Part shown: positions 39,967 through 51,736 of the stretch, piece after piece
Layout: the number at the start of each line of letters is the position of its first letter
How positions within the stretch are numbered: the first letter of the stretch is position 1
From: an uncultured Pelagibacteraceae bacterium
Lineage (GTDB): Bacteria; Pseudomonadota; Alphaproteobacteria; Pelagibacterales; AG-422-B15
Assembly (NCBI GenBank): GCA_902619105.1
Contig: CACNCV010000002.1
Coordinates: forward strand, 172,436 to 236,435
Direction of reading: 5' to 3'
Length of the DNA: 64,000 nt
Notes under the pieces: generated by a model
The model's database searches: none
Told to the model about the DNA's origin: nothing
The model's input: only the letters and a program-made list of their open reading frames with translations
Position numbers and translations under genes: made by a program

Positions 39967-41031
39967 ATGTTAAAAAAAATACCAATAAATTATATTTCCG
40001 CTTTTGTTATTTTTATCGTCGTCATTCTTTGGATCTTCTCTGGTCTAATTGGAGGTGATGAAGCCGAAAGCAATGTTTCTGAAGTAGTTGCAAGTGAGGA
40101 AATAATATCTGTAAGAGCGCAAGAGTTTTCTTCACAGAAAAAAACATATTTTTTAACTATTCGAGGAAGAAGTGAAGCTGATAAAATTGTAATGCTAAAG
40201 CCTAAGACTACCTCAACAATAGTAAAAGCTATTGATAAGGGATCTTTCGTTAAAAAAGATGATGTCATCTGTAAACTTGATGATGAAAATAGAACAGCTG
40301 CATTAAATGAGGCTGAAGCTTCTAAAAATAAAGCTCAGCTTCAGTATGACGCAATCAAAACTCTTGCTGATGAAGGGTATAGATCAGAAAACGCTGTTGC
40401 AACTGCAGATGCTGCTCTAAAGGCTTCGATTGCGAGAGTGGAAATGGCTATGAATGAACTTGATAATATTCTAATTAAAGCTCCATTCGATGGATTTATT
40501 GAAGATGTGTATCTAGAAGTAGGTGACCTAATTACACCAGCTAGCCCATGTGCAAAAATAATGAGGCTTGACCCAATGATAATTACTGGTGAAGTAACAG
40601 AAAAAAATGTTGATCAAATAAAACTTGGTCAGAAAGTTAACATCAAACTAATTGATGAAACTTCCCTTACTGGCTCAGTAAGTTATATCAGTAAAAGTGC
40701 TAATCCGAGTACGCGAACATATAAAATTGAAGCCACTGTTGATAATAAAAACGGAAGTATTCGTGAGGGACTTTCAGCTGATATGTTGGTTCCATTAAGA
40801 GAGGTTTTGGCTCACCTCATACCGTCTTATCTAATATCGCTCAATGATGAGGGTGAATTAGGTGTAAAAATATTAAAAGATGGAGAGGTAAAATTCTCAA
40901 ATATTCAAATTGTAGAAGATACTATTGAGGGTCTTTGGGTAACGGGACTGCCTAAAAAAGCCACAGTAATTACCGTTGGTCAAGAATATGTTATCAACGG
41001 TCAAATAGTAAACGCTGAAATTGTTAATTAA
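39967..41031 (+). CDS. RND efflux periplasmic adaptor (membrane fusion protein)
   Basis: N-terminal TM, lipoyl/hairpin pattern, IKAPFDG, TRTYKIEA, GQEYV. Confidence 0.93.
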   Translation: MLKKIPINYISAFVIFIVVILWIFSGLIGGDEAESNVSEVVASEEIISVRAQEFSSQKKTYFLTIRGRSEADKIVMLKPKTTSTIVKAIDKGSFVKKDDVICKLDDENRTAALNEAEASKNKAQLQYDAIKTLADEGYRSENAVATADAALKASIARVEMAMNELDNILIKAPFDGFIEDVYLEVGDLITPASPCAKIMRLDPMIITGEVTEKNVDQIKLGQKVNIKLIDETSLTGSVSYISKSANPSTRTYKIEATVDNKNGSIREGLSADMLVPLREVLAHLIPSYLISLNDEGELGVKILKDGEVKFSNIQIVEDTIEGLWVTGLPKKATVITVGQEYVINGQIVNAEIVN

Positions 41032-41033
41032 AT

Positions 41034-44000
41034 TTGATGATAGATTTTTTAGTAGATAGAAAGCGAACTGCTATAGCCTTACTTATAGTGCTTATATTTG
41101 CTGGAATATTTGGTCGTATTAATATTCCAATAGAAAATGAACCAGAGATTGTAATACCAGTTGTTTATGTAGGAGTAGGATTAACTGGTATATCACCACA
41201 AGATTCAGAGAGGCTTCTTTTAAAACCAATCGAGGAAGAAGTGAGGGCTATCGAAGGCATTGATAAACTTCAAGGGTTTGCATTTGAAAACTATGCAGCC
41301 GCCGTTATTCAATTTGAAGCAGCTGAAACAATGAAAAAATCATTAGATAAAGTAAGAGATGCCATCAATGATGCTAAAGTAAAATTTCCCGATGATGCGA
41401 AAGAACCTGTTGTAAGCGAAGTATCGTTTGAAGACCAGCCAACTGTTATAGTATCAATTGACTCACCCACTGCGTCTGAAAGGTACCTGCTAAATTTGGC
41501 TCAAGAAATAAAAAAAGAAATTGAACTTATTCCCTCAATTTTTGAAGCTGAGCTATTAGGCGCAAGGGAAGAGCAATTGGAAGCTACGCTAAATAGATCG
41601 CAAATGGAAAACTATAACATTTCTTTTGCTGAAATTATTACCTCAGTATCAAATAACAACCAAGTTGTTACTGCAGGTGAAATACAGACTGGTCAAGGCC
41701 AATTTGCTGTAAATGTACCCGGATTATTCGAAACAGCTAGAGATGTATACGAGCTACCCATTCGCTCAACCAACAACAGTACTGTTAATTTAGCCGACAT
41801 CTCAACTATTAAAAGAAATTTTAAAGACAGAGAGAGTTACACTAAAGTAAATGGAGAGCCTGGAATTTCTCTATTAATAAAAAAAGGTAGAGGACGAAAT
41901 GTAATTGATACAATAAATGAAGTTGATGAGGTTGTTCAAGGCTTTAAATCTAAAGTGCCAAATGATGTAAACTTTACTTACGTCATGGACTCCAGAGAAA
42001 TAATGGAAGACAACGTAAATTCATTACAAGGTAATATTTTACTCGCTACAATATTTGTGATCATAGTAACAATGCTTGCGCTGGGGATTAGATCTTCATT
42101 AATTGTTGGCTCTGGTATACCCGTATCAATACTGATTGCTCTGTTTGTTTTGTATGTGCTTGGCTATGATTATAATTTTATGGTTATTTTTGGTATCTTG
42201 GTTGCTCTTGGGATGTTAATTGACGGCTCTCTCGTTGTTGTAGAGCTTGCAGATAGAAAGATGCTTGAAGGCTTTGATAAACAAAAGGCATATATCTATT
42301 CAGCGAAACGGATGTTTTGGCCAATTGTTGCATCAGCAGCAACAACCCTTGCGGTTTTTATACCTCTTTTTTTCTGGCCAGGCGTTAGTGGGCAATTTAT
42401 GCGAATGCTGCCTGTAACGATTTTTGTTGTTTTATTTATTGCGCTTATTTTCAGTTTAATGTTTGTGCCTGTAATTGGAAGTGTATTTGGCAAACCTTCT
42501 AATGCCTCTGCTAATTCATTTAAAAAACTTGGTTCTGATCAAAATTTTAATCTTAAAGATATCAGTGGCTATATAGGGGTCTATGTATCTATACTTGATA
42601 AACTATTGAAAAGACCAGTCCTGACACTTTTATCAGTTTTTATTATACTATTTACAATTATTTCAAGTTTCTTTTCCTTTGGAAAAGGAATGATATATTT
42701 CTCAACTGGTGATCCTTATTTTGGAGAAATAAAAATATATGCACGAGGAAACCTTTCTATCGATGAAGTAAATAAGCTTACAAGTGATGTTGAGCTTATT
42801 GTTAATGAACACTCTGGTATAAAAAATTACTTTCTTCAAACTGGTCAATTCAGTAATGTTGGTGGACCTGGAGGTGGTAATTCAGAAGATTTAATTGCGA
42901 CGGCGTATTTTGAATTTGTTGATCGAAATCAAAGAAAAAACGGACACGAAATTATTTCTGAATTAAGAGAGCAATTTTATCAGATTAAAGGAATTAAAAT
43001 TGAAGTTTCTGAACAAACGGGCGGTCCACCTGTTGGAAAAGATATTCAAATAAGAATAACAGGCCCATCCAGTTCAAGCATTCTTGATGTTACAAAAGAT
43101 GTTAGAAAATATATAGATGAAAATGTAAATGGTCTTGTTGGAATAGAAGATACACTGCCTGTGCCTCTGGTCGATTGGGAGCTTATTATTGATAAACCAA
43201 AAGCAGCTCAATTTGGCGCCGATATATTTACAATTGGAAAAGCTGTTAGCCTAGTAACTAATGGAATAATGATTGGAAAATACAGACCTGACGACGTCGA
43301 TGATGAACTTGAGATTTTTGTCAGATACGCAGATAAAGAACGATCAATTGATCAACTCGATAATATAATGATTGAAACAAGGTCAGGGCAAATTCCAATT
43401 AGTAATTTTGTTGAAAAAAAACCAAAAAAGAATGTCAGCTTCATTCGAAGGTATGACACACGTAATGCAATGTATATTAAAGCAAACGTTGAAGAAGGCC
43501 TAATTGCAGCCGATAAAGTAAATGAGATTCAAAAATGGACAGATGAACAAAATTACCCTTCATATATTGATATTGCCTTTGGTGGTGAAAATGAAGAGCA
43601 AACAGAGTCAATGAAGTTTGTGACACAAGCATTCATTATTTCAATTCTTATTATGGCTGCATTATTAGTTACACAATTCAACAGTTTTTACCAAAGTTTC
43701 ATAATCTTAACTGCTGTAATAATGAGTACAGCAGGCGTATTTTTTGGACTATTGGTATTCAATCAACCTTTCTCAGCTATAATGCATGGTGTGGGAGTTG
43801 TATCCTTAGCAGGAATAGTTGTTAATAATAACATAATCTTGATTGATGCATTTAATTTTGTAAAAGAAAAAGATAATGATAATTTATTTAACAGCATTTT
43901 AAAAGCCTGTGCACAGAGATTAAGGCCAATTTTCCTAACAACAATAACAACCATGCTTGGCTTAATCCCACTTGCAATGAATTATAGTATTGATCCTATA

Positions 44001-44183
44001 TTAAGAACGATTGAATATGACTCAAATGTAAGTGGCTTTTGGACACCACTTGCCCAATGCATTGTTTATGGTTTATCTTTCTCAGCGTTTCTAACATTAA
44101 TCGTAACGCCATGCCTTCTAATTCTTCCCTCGCACATAAGGTCTTATTTTAAGAAAGCGCAGCCTGAAATCGTTAATGCATAA
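41034..44183 (+). CDS. RND efflux permease subunit 1 (AcrB/D/F family)
   Basis: GMLIDGSLVVVE, GIVVNNNIILID, RLRPIFLTT. Confidence 0.95.
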   Translation: MMIDFLVDRKRTAIALLIVLIFAGIFGRINIPIENEPEIVIPVVYVGVGLTGISPQDSERLLLKPIEEEVRAIEGIDKLQGFAFENYAAAVIQFEAAETMKKSLDKVRDAINDAKVKFPDDAKEPVVSEVSFEDQPTVIVSIDSPTASERYLLNLAQEIKKEIELIPSIFEAELLGAREEQLEATLNRSQMENYNISFAEIITSVSNNNQVVTAGEIQTGQGQFAVNVPGLFETARDVYELPIRSTNNSTVNLADISTIKRNFKDRESYTKVNGEPGISLLIKKGRGRNVIDTINEVDEVVQGFKSKVPNDVNFTYVMDSREIMEDNVNSLQGNILLATIFVIIVTMLALGIRSSLIVGSGIPVSILIALFVLYVLGYDYNFMVIFGILVALGMLIDGSLVVVELADRKMLEGFDKQKAYIYSAKRMFWPIVASAATTLAVFIPLFFWPGVSGQFMRMLPVTIFVVLFIALIFSLMFVPVIGSVFGKPSNASANSFKKLGSDQNFNLKDISGYIGVYVSILDKLLKRPVLTLLSVFIILFTIISSFFSFGKGMIYFSTGDPYFGEIKIYARGNLSIDEVNKLTSDVELIVNEHSGIKNYFLQTGQFSNVGGPGGGNSEDLIATAYFEFVDRNQRKNGHEIISELREQFYQIKGIKIEVSEQTGGPPVGKDIQIRITGPSSSSILDVTKDVRKYIDENVNGLVGIEDTLPVPLVDWELIIDKPKAAQFGADIFTIGKAVSLVTNGIMIGKYRPDDVDDELEIFVRYADKERSIDQLDNIMIETRSGQIPISNFVEKKPKKNVSFIRRYDTRNAMYIKANVEEGLIAADKVNEIQKWTDEQNYPSYIDIAFGGENEEQTESMKFVTQAFIISILIMAALLVTQFNSFYQSFIILTAVIMSTAGVFFGLLVFNQPFSAIMHGVGVVSLAGIVVNNNIILIDAFNFVKEKDNDNLFNSILKACAQRLRPIFLTTITTMLGLIPLAMNYSIDPILRTIEYDSNVSGFWTPLAQCIVYGLSFSAFLTLIVTPCLLILPSHIRSYFKKAQPEIVNA

Positions 44184-44186
44184 CAC

Positions 44187-47100
44187 ATGTTAAGAAATAT
44201 ATTATCAACCATACTACTCAGAAAAAAGACAATCTCTACCCTTCTTTTGATGATTATTCTTTTGGGAACAATCTCATACGCAACCTTTCCCAAAGAAGAA
44301 ATGCCTGAAATAGATCTAAAAACTGTTGCAGTGATAATTAATTATGACGGCATGTCATCTAATGAAATAGAAAAATTAATAACAGAGCCTTTAGAGCGTA
44401 AGCTAATGACTTTAAAAGATATCAAAGAAATAATTTCAATTTCTAAAGATAACATAGCTTCGTTCATGGTTGCTTTTAATTTAGATACTGAAAACGAAAA
44501 CCTTGCAAAGCTGGTGAGGAATACTATTACAGATGCTAGTGATATGCTTCCACGTGAAATGGAGATTATAGAAGTAAAAGAATATGACTCATCTATGTTC
44601 TCGAGAATCTATATTGGTTTATCCGGTAATGTGCCTTATGAGGTCTTACAAAATGCAGCAAACTCATATAAGGATGCGTTGGAATTAATTGACAATGTAA
44701 CAGAGGTTGAAATTAAAGGCGAGCGCGAGGAAATAATAAAAATAACTCTCAATCCTTCATTGTTGCAAAAGTACGGCTTAAATATATCTGATGTTTATTA
44801 TGCTCTTAAAGCATATAATAATATAATTCCAGCAGGTGTATTATCTGATCAAAATGCTGATTTTTCAGTAAAAATTCCTGGTCTTTATGAAAATTACAGG
44901 GAAATTAGCAATCTTCCACTAAATGCTAAAAATAATTTTGCATTAACCTTATCCGATGTTGCAGACATCAAGAGAGCTTTTGATAAGAAAAAGAATACAG
45001 TCATAGTAAATGGAAATGCCGCTTTGAGTTTAGAGGTATCTAGGAAGTCAGGTACTAATATTTTAGACACATACATTGATGTAAAAAAAGTATTAGCTGA
45101 AAACGAAGGAAAGTTTCATCCTCTTATTAAGGCTGTTATTGTAGATGATGAATCTACTGAAATAGAGAAAAGAATTGAGTCATCTGAAAATACAGTAATC
45201 ACAGCAGTAATACTTGTAATGATCATTGTGATTGCTGCCTTAGGAATAAGAAGTGGCTTAATTGTAGGTTTGTCAATTCCGACCACTTATCTGTTTTCAA
45301 TATTGATACTGGACTCGATGGGAATGACATATAACTTAATGACTGTTTTTGGACTGATATTGGCAGTAGGGTTATTAGTTGATGGCCCCATCGTTATAAC
45401 TGAATACGCTAGAGCAGAACAAGAACGGGGTATTCGAAGAAGGGACTCATACATAAACTCTTCATATAATATGTTTTGGCCAATTATTGCTTCGGCGTTA
45501 ACGACGATTGCGGCATTTTTTCCTCTCCTATTTTGGCCAGATACATTGGGACAATGGTTAAGAGTAATCCCTCTAACAGTAATTGTTGTTTTATCCACCT
45601 CGCTAGTAGTCACATTGATATTCCTACCCGCAGTAGGATCCATGATTGAGCGTAAAACAGCTCAAATGAAAGAGGAAAATAAAAGAAGAGACAATAAATT
45701 AATTGAAATATATGAGAACACTCTAGCTCAAGCAGTTCAGAGACCAATATTGGTCTTATTTCTAACTTTACTTACATTTACAAGTGTAATTTTGCTTTAC
45801 AGCAAATTTAATAGCGGTGTCATTTTTTTCCCTAACGATAAAGCTACAACAGCCAGAGTGGAAGTAATGGCCAGGGGAAATCTTTCTCCTAATGAAACTG
45901 GAGATTATATTAAAGAAGTTAGCGAAGTGATAGATGCAAATCCATACGTTAAAAATTATGTAGCAAATACAATGAATAGGAATAGGATTTGGTTATTTGA
46001 TGACGCACCCACTGATATTATTGGAAGAATTTGGTTAGAATTGCTTCCTCCTGACCAAAGACCGGATAGTGATATTGTATTACCAAATATTCAAAAGGAA
46101 CTGAACAAACTAAATGGATATGAAGCGAGAATAAAAGGAAATACATATAGTTCTTCCATCGTAGGACCAAAGGATATAGAAATCGAGGTAACTGCGGAAG
46201 ATAAAAGACTAATTAATCAAGCTGCAATTATTGTAAGAGACAAACTTCAGAATATTCCTGGAATTGAAGATGCCGAAATAAAATACCCAGTTACAGGTAT
46301 TGAGTGGTTATATGAAATAGATAGAAGTAAAACAGGAAAATATAATGTATCTATCCAATCCATAGGCTCTATTATAAATTTAGCAACAACAGGAACTAAG
46401 ATAGGAACAATAAGACCAACAGATAGTGACAAAGAATTAGATATTAAGCTTTTTTTACCAGATGACTTGAGAACTCTTGATCAAGTTGAAAATATTTATA
46501 TCAATACTAGTAAAGGTCAGCTGCCAGTATCTGAATTTGTAAGTCAAAAGCCTAAAAATAAAATTTTTTCAATTGGCAAGAAAAATGCTGAAAGAGTTTT
46601 GATGGTTGATGCAAATACTACCTCAGATTTTAATACTGCCGAACATATTGAAACTATAAAAAACTGGCTCAAAATAGCTAATCTACCAATCGAAGTAAAT
46701 GTTAAACTTGTGGGAGAAGCAGAAGACTCTAGAGGGTCACTTATCTTTGTAATTTCAGCTTTTAGCATTGCATTATTACTAATGTTTATAATATTAATTT
46801 CGCTATTTAATAATTTTTATCACACATTTTTAATTTTATTTTCAATTGCGTTATCAACAACTGGCATATTTGTAGGACTTATTGTCTTACAAATGCCATT
46901 TAGTGGCGTTATGACGGGCCTTGGCATAGTTGCTTGCACAGGTATTGTTGTAAATAACAATATTATTCTAATCGATAGCTATAGAAAAATTAGAAAGAAT
47001 GAAGAAAATAAAATGAAGGCAATCATTCGGTCAGCTAAAAGTAGAATAAGGCCCATATTTCTTACGACAATTACCACAGTATTTGGATTACTTCCTTCAG

Positions 47101-47330
47101 CATTGCAAATTAGTGTAGATGTTTTTGAAAGAGAAATATCATACAAAAGTCCTGAAACTTATTTTGTGCAACCTTTAGCATGGGCTATTGTTTTTGGCCT
47201 TTCTTTTGCAACAATAGCTACATTATTTGTAACCCCTTCTCTACTTGCATTGCCTGAAAAATTAAAATCAATGATTTCAAGAAGAAATAGGATCAATACT
47301 TCATCAGTTGTAAGAGAAGAAGCTATTTAA
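44187..47330 (+). CDS. RND efflux permease subunit 2 (paralog)
   Basis: GLLVDGPIVITE, GIVVNNNIILID, RIRPIFLTT. Confidence 0.95.
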   Translation: MLRNILSTILLRKKTISTLLLMIILLGTISYATFPKEEMPEIDLKTVAVIINYDGMSSNEIEKLITEPLERKLMTLKDIKEIISISKDNIASFMVAFNLDTENENLAKLVRNTITDASDMLPREMEIIEVKEYDSSMFSRIYIGLSGNVPYEVLQNAANSYKDALELIDNVTEVEIKGEREEIIKITLNPSLLQKYGLNISDVYYALKAYNNIIPAGVLSDQNADFSVKIPGLYENYREISNLPLNAKNNFALTLSDVADIKRAFDKKKNTVIVNGNAALSLEVSRKSGTNILDTYIDVKKVLAENEGKFHPLIKAVIVDDESTEIEKRIESSENTVITAVILVMIIVIAALGIRSGLIVGLSIPTTYLFSILILDSMGMTYNLMTVFGLILAVGLLVDGPIVITEYARAEQERGIRRRDSYINSSYNMFWPIIASALTTIAAFFPLLFWPDTLGQWLRVIPLTVIVVLSTSLVVTLIFLPAVGSMIERKTAQMKEENKRRDNKLIEIYENTLAQAVQRPILVLFLTLLTFTSVILLYSKFNSGVIFFPNDKATTARVEVMARGNLSPNETGDYIKEVSEVIDANPYVKNYVANTMNRNRIWLFDDAPTDIIGRIWLELLPPDQRPDSDIVLPNIQKELNKLNGYEARIKGNTYSSSIVGPKDIEIEVTAEDKRLINQAAIIVRDKLQNIPGIEDAEIKYPVTGIEWLYEIDRSKTGKYNVSIQSIGSIINLATTGTKIGTIRPTDSDKELDIKLFLPDDLRTLDQVENIYINTSKGQLPVSEFVSQKPKNKIFSIGKKNAERVLMVDANTTSDFNTAEHIETIKNWLKIANLPIEVNVKLVGEAEDSRGSLIFVISAFSIALLLMFIILISLFNNFYHTFLILFSIALSTTGIFVGLIVLQMPFSGVMTGLGIVACTGIVVNNNIILIDSYRKIRKNEENKMKAIIRSAKSRIRPIFLTTITTVFGLLPSALQISVDVFEREISYKSPETYFVQPLAWAIVFGLSFATIATLFVTPSLLALPEKLKSMISRRNRINTSSVVREEAI

Positions 47331-47331
47331 T

Positions 47332-47880
47332 ATGAAGTCTATTGCAGTGTATTGCAGTTCATCTAATAAAGTCGATGACATTTATAAAGAAGAGGCCAAA
47401 AAAGTTGGAAATCTATTGGCTAAAAAAGGAATAAGGTTGGTTTATGGTGGAGGTAACATGGGGCTAATGGGAGTACTATCGAATAGTGCAATTAATTCCG
47501 GTGGCGACGTATATGGAGTGATTACAAATCATTTAATTGAAATTGAAAAAAGAAATGACAGCCTTAATAATATAAAAATTGTTGAAACTATGCATGAAAG
47601 GAAAATAGAAATGTATAACAACGCAGATGCATTTCTAATATTTCCTGGTGGCATTGGGACTTTGGAAGAGTTTTTTGAAATCTATTCATGGAAACAGCTT
47701 AGACTTCATAAAAAACCCATCTTTATTTATAACTTTAACGATTTTTGGAGAGATCTTTTTACTCTTTTAGAAAATATAATAAAGAAGGATTTTGCTGGAG
47801 AAAATATGAAAGAAGCATATAAGGTAATCAATAACTATAGTGACCTCACAAAAGAATTAGAAATTAATGTCGAAAATTAA
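47332..47880 (+). CDS. LOG-family (TIGR00730-like) nucleotide phosphoribohydrolase
   Basis: [24 protein letters not shown]. Confidence 0.92.
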   Translation: MKSIAVYCSSSNKVDDIYKEEAKKVGNLLAKKGIRLVYGGGNMGLMGVLSNSAINSGGDVYGVITNHLIEIEKRNDSLNNIKIVETMHERKIEMYNNADAFLIFPGGIGTLEEFFEIYSWKQLRLHKKPIFIYNFNDFWRDLFTLLENIIKKDFAGENMKEAYKVINNYSDLTKELEINVEN

Positions 47881-49096
47881 AGTAAAAACCCCACTTGTCG
47901 AAATTGATGGCGACGAAATGACAAGAATTATATGGCAGTTTATAAAAGATAAACTAATCCTGCCGTACCTTGATATTGATTTAGAATATTATGACCTGGG
48001 TGTTGAAAATAGAGATAAAACAAACGACGAGGTTACAGTAGACTCCGCAAATGCTATAAAAAAATATGGTGTAGGAGTTAAATGTGCAACTATCACACCA
48101 GATGAAGATAGGGTAAAGGAATTTAAGTTAAAAGAAATGTGGCGTTCCCCAAACGGAACAATAAGAAATATCCTTGGCGGTACAGTTTTTAGAGAACCAA
48201 TAGTATGCGAGAATGTTCCAAGACTTGTACCCGGTTGGACTGATCCAATTGTAGTAGGGCGACACGCATTTGGCGATCAATATAGAGCGACGGATTTTAA
48301 AGTTCCTGGTAAAGGAAAATTAAGTATTAAGTGGACACCTGATGACCCCAATCAAGAACCGATTGAAAAAGAGGTTTATGAATTTCAATCAAGTGGTGTT
48401 GCGATGGCAATGTATAATACCGATGAGTCAATACGTGATTTTGCTAGGTCATGTATGAATTACGCTCTTATGAGAGAGTGGCCAGTCTATTTATCGACAA
48501 AAAATACTATTCTTAAAAAATATGATGGAAGATTTAAAGATTTATTTCAGGAAATTTATGATAAAGAATTTGCTGATCAATTCAAATCTTTGGAGCTTGA
48601 TTATGAACATAGATTAATCGACGACATGGTCGCATCTGCGTTAAAATGGAATGGTAAATTTGTTTGGGCATGTAAAAATTATGACGGCGATGTTCAATCG
48701 GATACTGTCGCTCAAGGTTTTGGTTCTCTTGGATTAATGACAAGTGTATTGATGACACCTGATGGAAAAACCATTGAGGCTGAAGCTGCTCACGGAACTG
48801 TAACGAGGCACTATAGGCTTCATCAAGAAGGAAAGCAAACGTCGACAAATCCTATTGCATCAATTTTTGCATGGTCAAGAGGTCTAAAGTACAGGGGGAA
48901 GCTTGATGATAATGATGAACTAATTCAGTTTGCTGATACTCTTGAGAAAGTCTGTGTAAAAACAGTTGAACGTGGATCAATGACAAAGGATTTGGCACTC
49001 CTTATGCCTCATGAGCAAGATTGGCACAGTACTGAAGACTTTCTTGAAATAATTGAACGAAATTTAAATAAAGCCCTTAATCCAACTTATCAGTAA
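47867..49096 (+). CDS. icd: NADP-dependent isocitrate dehydrogenase (dimeric, eukaryote-like type)
   Basis: [46 protein letters not shown]. Confidence 0.99.
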   Translation: MSKIKVKTPLVEIDGDEMTRIIWQFIKDKLILPYLDIDLEYYDLGVENRDKTNDEVTVDSANAIKKYGVGVKCATITPDEDRVKEFKLKEMWRSPNGTIRNILGGTVFREPIVCENVPRLVPGWTDPIVVGRHAFGDQYRATDFKVPGKGKLSIKWTPDDPNQEPIEKEVYEFQSSGVAMAMYNTDESIRDFARSCMNYALMREWPVYLSTKNTILKKYDGRFKDLFQEIYDKEFADQFKSLELDYEHRLIDDMVASALKWNGKFVWACKNYDGDVQSDTVAQGFGSLGLMTSVLMTPDGKTIEAEAAHGTVTRHYRLHQEGKQTSTNPIASIFAWSRGLKYRGKLDDNDELIQFADTLEKVCVKTVERGSMTKDLALLMPHEQDWHSTEDFLEIIERNLNKALNPTYQ

Positions 49097-51653
49097 TAAA
49101 TTTCAGTATTTTATTTTTTTGGTCAGTTTCATCAATTAAATCACCACCGGACTGAGCAAAATCTTTTCTGCCACCTCCTCCTTTTCCGTTAGAAACTGAA
49201 GAAGCGTACAAAGCAATATCATCTGCACCAATGACCTTTGTGAGGTTGTCTGTTACACCAACTAGGTAGCTGATTTTATTGTCTTTTTTTGAACCTAGAA
49301 CAATAATACCACCATTTTTGAATTTTCTTTTGGCATTATCAATTACAGGTCTTAACGCAGAGCTTTTAGAATTTTCACAAAAGATAATGATGGTGTTTTT
49401 ATTATTTGAAATTTCATCATTAACTTCTTTGATTAAATTATTTACTTCCTCTTTTGATTTTGATTTATCTTTTTCGGAAATTAATTTCTTTTCTTCTATT
49501 TTCTTATTCTCTGCAGCTTTATTCATTTGATAAACTTTCAGGTCTTCACCGCGCAGAGCTTCTATCCTTCTAACTCCTGAAGCAACCGAAGATTCATTAA
49601 CTATTTTTAATTTCCCAATTTGACTTGTATTCTCAACATGTGTGCCGCCACATAATTCAATGCTGAAAGTTTTATTTCTCATCTTTCCTATTTTTAACAC
49701 TCTTACCTCATCAGAATATTTCTCTCCGAATAGAGCAAGTGCTCCAGCATTTACAGCATCATCTGGTGTCATAATTTGAGTTTCAACATCTGATCCTTCC
49801 TCAATAACTGTATTCGAAATCTGCTCTATTTTAGATATCTCACTTTCTGAAAGAGATTTATGGTGACTAAAATCAAATCTTAATTTATCAAACGAAACTA
49901 AAGAGCCTTTCTGGGTCACATGATCTCCCAAAACTTCTCTTAATGCTTGATGTAAAATATGTGTCGCAGAATGATAAGTCTTACATGAGCTTCTTCTGGC
50001 AGAATTAATTGACAAATGTGCACCTGTACCTTTCTTGATATCTCCTCTAATTACTTTTCCGTGATGCACATATAGGTTTCCTTTTTTTTGTGTGTCTGAA
50101 ACTTCAAATTTAAAATTATCAGCTTCTATTGTTCCTGTATCACCAATTTGACCGCCAGACTCAGCATAAAATACCGTTTGATTGAGTATTAGCGATCCGT
50201 TATCACCGTTATGTAAACTATCAACTAATACACCTTCTTTAATTATAGAAATAATACTTCCTTCTGTTTTTTCAGATGTGTAGCCTAAAAACTCTGTAGG
50301 GGATAAACTTTTATTTAACTCAAACCAAATTTTATCTGTAGCTGTGCCACCAGATCCAGTCCAATTGCTTCTTGCTTTTTCTTTTTGATCCTCCAAACAT
50401 TTCTTAAAATCATCAATATCCACCTCAATTTTCTTATTTCTCAAAATATCTTGCGTTAAATCAATTGGGAAGCCATATGTGTCATACAGCTTAAAAGCTG
50501 ACTGCCCATTTAGAATAGTTTTTCCATTCAAATTATCGATCATTGTATCAAGCTGCTTAATTCCTCTGGACAATAAATCTCTGAACCTTTGTTCTTCATA
50601 TTTCAATGTTTCATTTATTAGAGACTCTGCTCTTTCAAGCTCAGGATAGGACATTTTCATATTTGAAATCAGAGTTGGTGCCAGTTTGTACATCAGTAAA
50701 TCATTGTAATTTAGAATGTGTACGTGCCTCATTGCTCTTCTCATAATTCTCCTTAAGACATAACCTCTGCCTTCATTGGATGGAAGGACACCGTCAGCAA
50801 TTAAAAAACATGAAGATCTGAGATGATCAGCTATTACTCTATGGCTTGATATTAAATTTTCACTATCATTTTTAGTTAATTCTTTAGAATGATTAATAAT
50901 TTCTAATATACTATCAACTTGATAATTATCATTAGTTCCTTGCATAACTGCGGCTATTCTCTCAATGCCCATACCTGTATCTATTGAGGGCCGTGGTAAA
51001 TCAATACGATTTTCTGAATCGACTTGCTCATACTGCATAAAAACGAGATTCCATATTTCTACAAATCGATCGCCCGTTTCATCAGCTTCACTAGGAGGTT
51101 TGCCAATATAATTTTCACCATGATCATAAAATATTTCCGAGCAAGGTCCGCATGGCCCTGTTTCTCCCATTGACCAGAAATTATCTTTTGTAGAAATTCT
51201 TATTATTTTATCATCACTGAAACTGGTAATTTTCTTCCAAGCATTGTAAGCCTGCTCATCATCGTGATAAATAGTTACACAAAGCTTATCTTTATTTATT
51301 CCTAGTTCAGAAGTTATAAATCTCCATGCGTAATCTATCGCATCATCTTTAAAATAATCTCCAAATGAGAAATTACCCAACATTTCAAAAAAAGTGTGAT
51401 GCCTTAAAGTATAGCCTACATTTTCTAAATCATTGTGTTTTCCCCCTGCCCTAATGCATTTCTGAGCCGTTACGGCACGGTTGAAATCTGTTTTCTCTAA
51501 TCCTGTGAATACATTTTTAAATTGAACCATTCCTGAATTAGCGAACATTAGAGTAGGATCATTTTGAGGCACAAGGGGACTTGAATGAACATGTTTATGT
51601 CCATTTTTAACAAAGTAAGATATGAATGAGTCCCTTAAACTATTAATCTTCAT
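49077..51653 (-). CDS. alaS: Alanyl-tRNA synthetase
   Basis: [31 protein letters not shown], editing HSATH and ELCGGTH, C-terminal GKGGGG. Confidence 0.99.
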   Translation of the reverse strand: MKINSLRDSFISYFVKNGHKHVHSSPLVPQNDPTLMFANSGMVQFKNVFTGLEKTDFNRAVTAQKCIRAGGKHNDLENVGYTLRHHTFFEMLGNFSFGDYFKDDAIDYAWRFITSELGINKDKLCVTIYHDDEQAYNAWKKITSFSDDKIIRISTKDNFWSMGETGPCGPCSEIFYDHGENYIGKPPSEADETGDRFVEIWNLVFMQYEQVDSENRIDLPRPSIDTGMGIERIAAVMQGTNDNYQVDSILEIINHSKELTKNDSENLISSHRVIADHLRSSCFLIADGVLPSNEGRGYVLRRIMRRAMRHVHILNYNDLLMYKLAPTLISNMKMSYPELERAESLINETLKYEEQRFRDLLSRGIKQLDTMIDNLNGKTILNGQSAFKLYDTYGFPIDLTQDILRNKKIEVDIDDFKKCLEDQKEKARSNWTGSGGTATDKIWFELNKSLSPTEFLGYTSEKTEGSIISIIKEGVLVDSLHNGDNGSLILNQTVFYAESGGQIGDTGTIEADNFKFEVSDTQKKGNLYVHHGKVIRGDIKKGTGAHLSINSARRSSCKTYHSATHILHQALREVLGDHVTQKGSLVSFDKLRFDFSHHKSLSESEISKIEQISNTVIEEGSDVETQIMTPDDAVNAGALALFGEKYSDEVRVLKIGKMRNKTFSIELCGGTHVENTSQIGKLKIVNESSVASGVRRIEALRGEDLKVYQMNKAAENKKIEEKKLISEKDKSKSKEEVNNLIKEVNDEISNNKNTIIIFCENSKSSALRPVIDNAKRKFKNGGIIVLGSKKDNKISYLVGVTDNLTKVIGADDIALYASSVSNGKGGGGRKDFAQSGGDLIDETDQKNKILKFITDKLD

Positions 51654-51684
51654 AGTTAAGGTATAACATCGAGATGACTAAAAC

Positions 51685-51713
51685 GCAAAAAGACGCTTCA
51701 AGCGCCTTTTTGC
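51685..51713 (-). terminator. Intrinsic terminator downstream of recA (bidirectional geometry)
   Basis: GCAAAAAGACGCT-TCA-AGCGCCTTTTTGC: 13-bp arms whose single mismatch becomes a G.U pair on the minus-strand RNA. Confidence 0.85.
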
Positions 51714-51736
51714 TATGATCAATTTATATGAATTTC

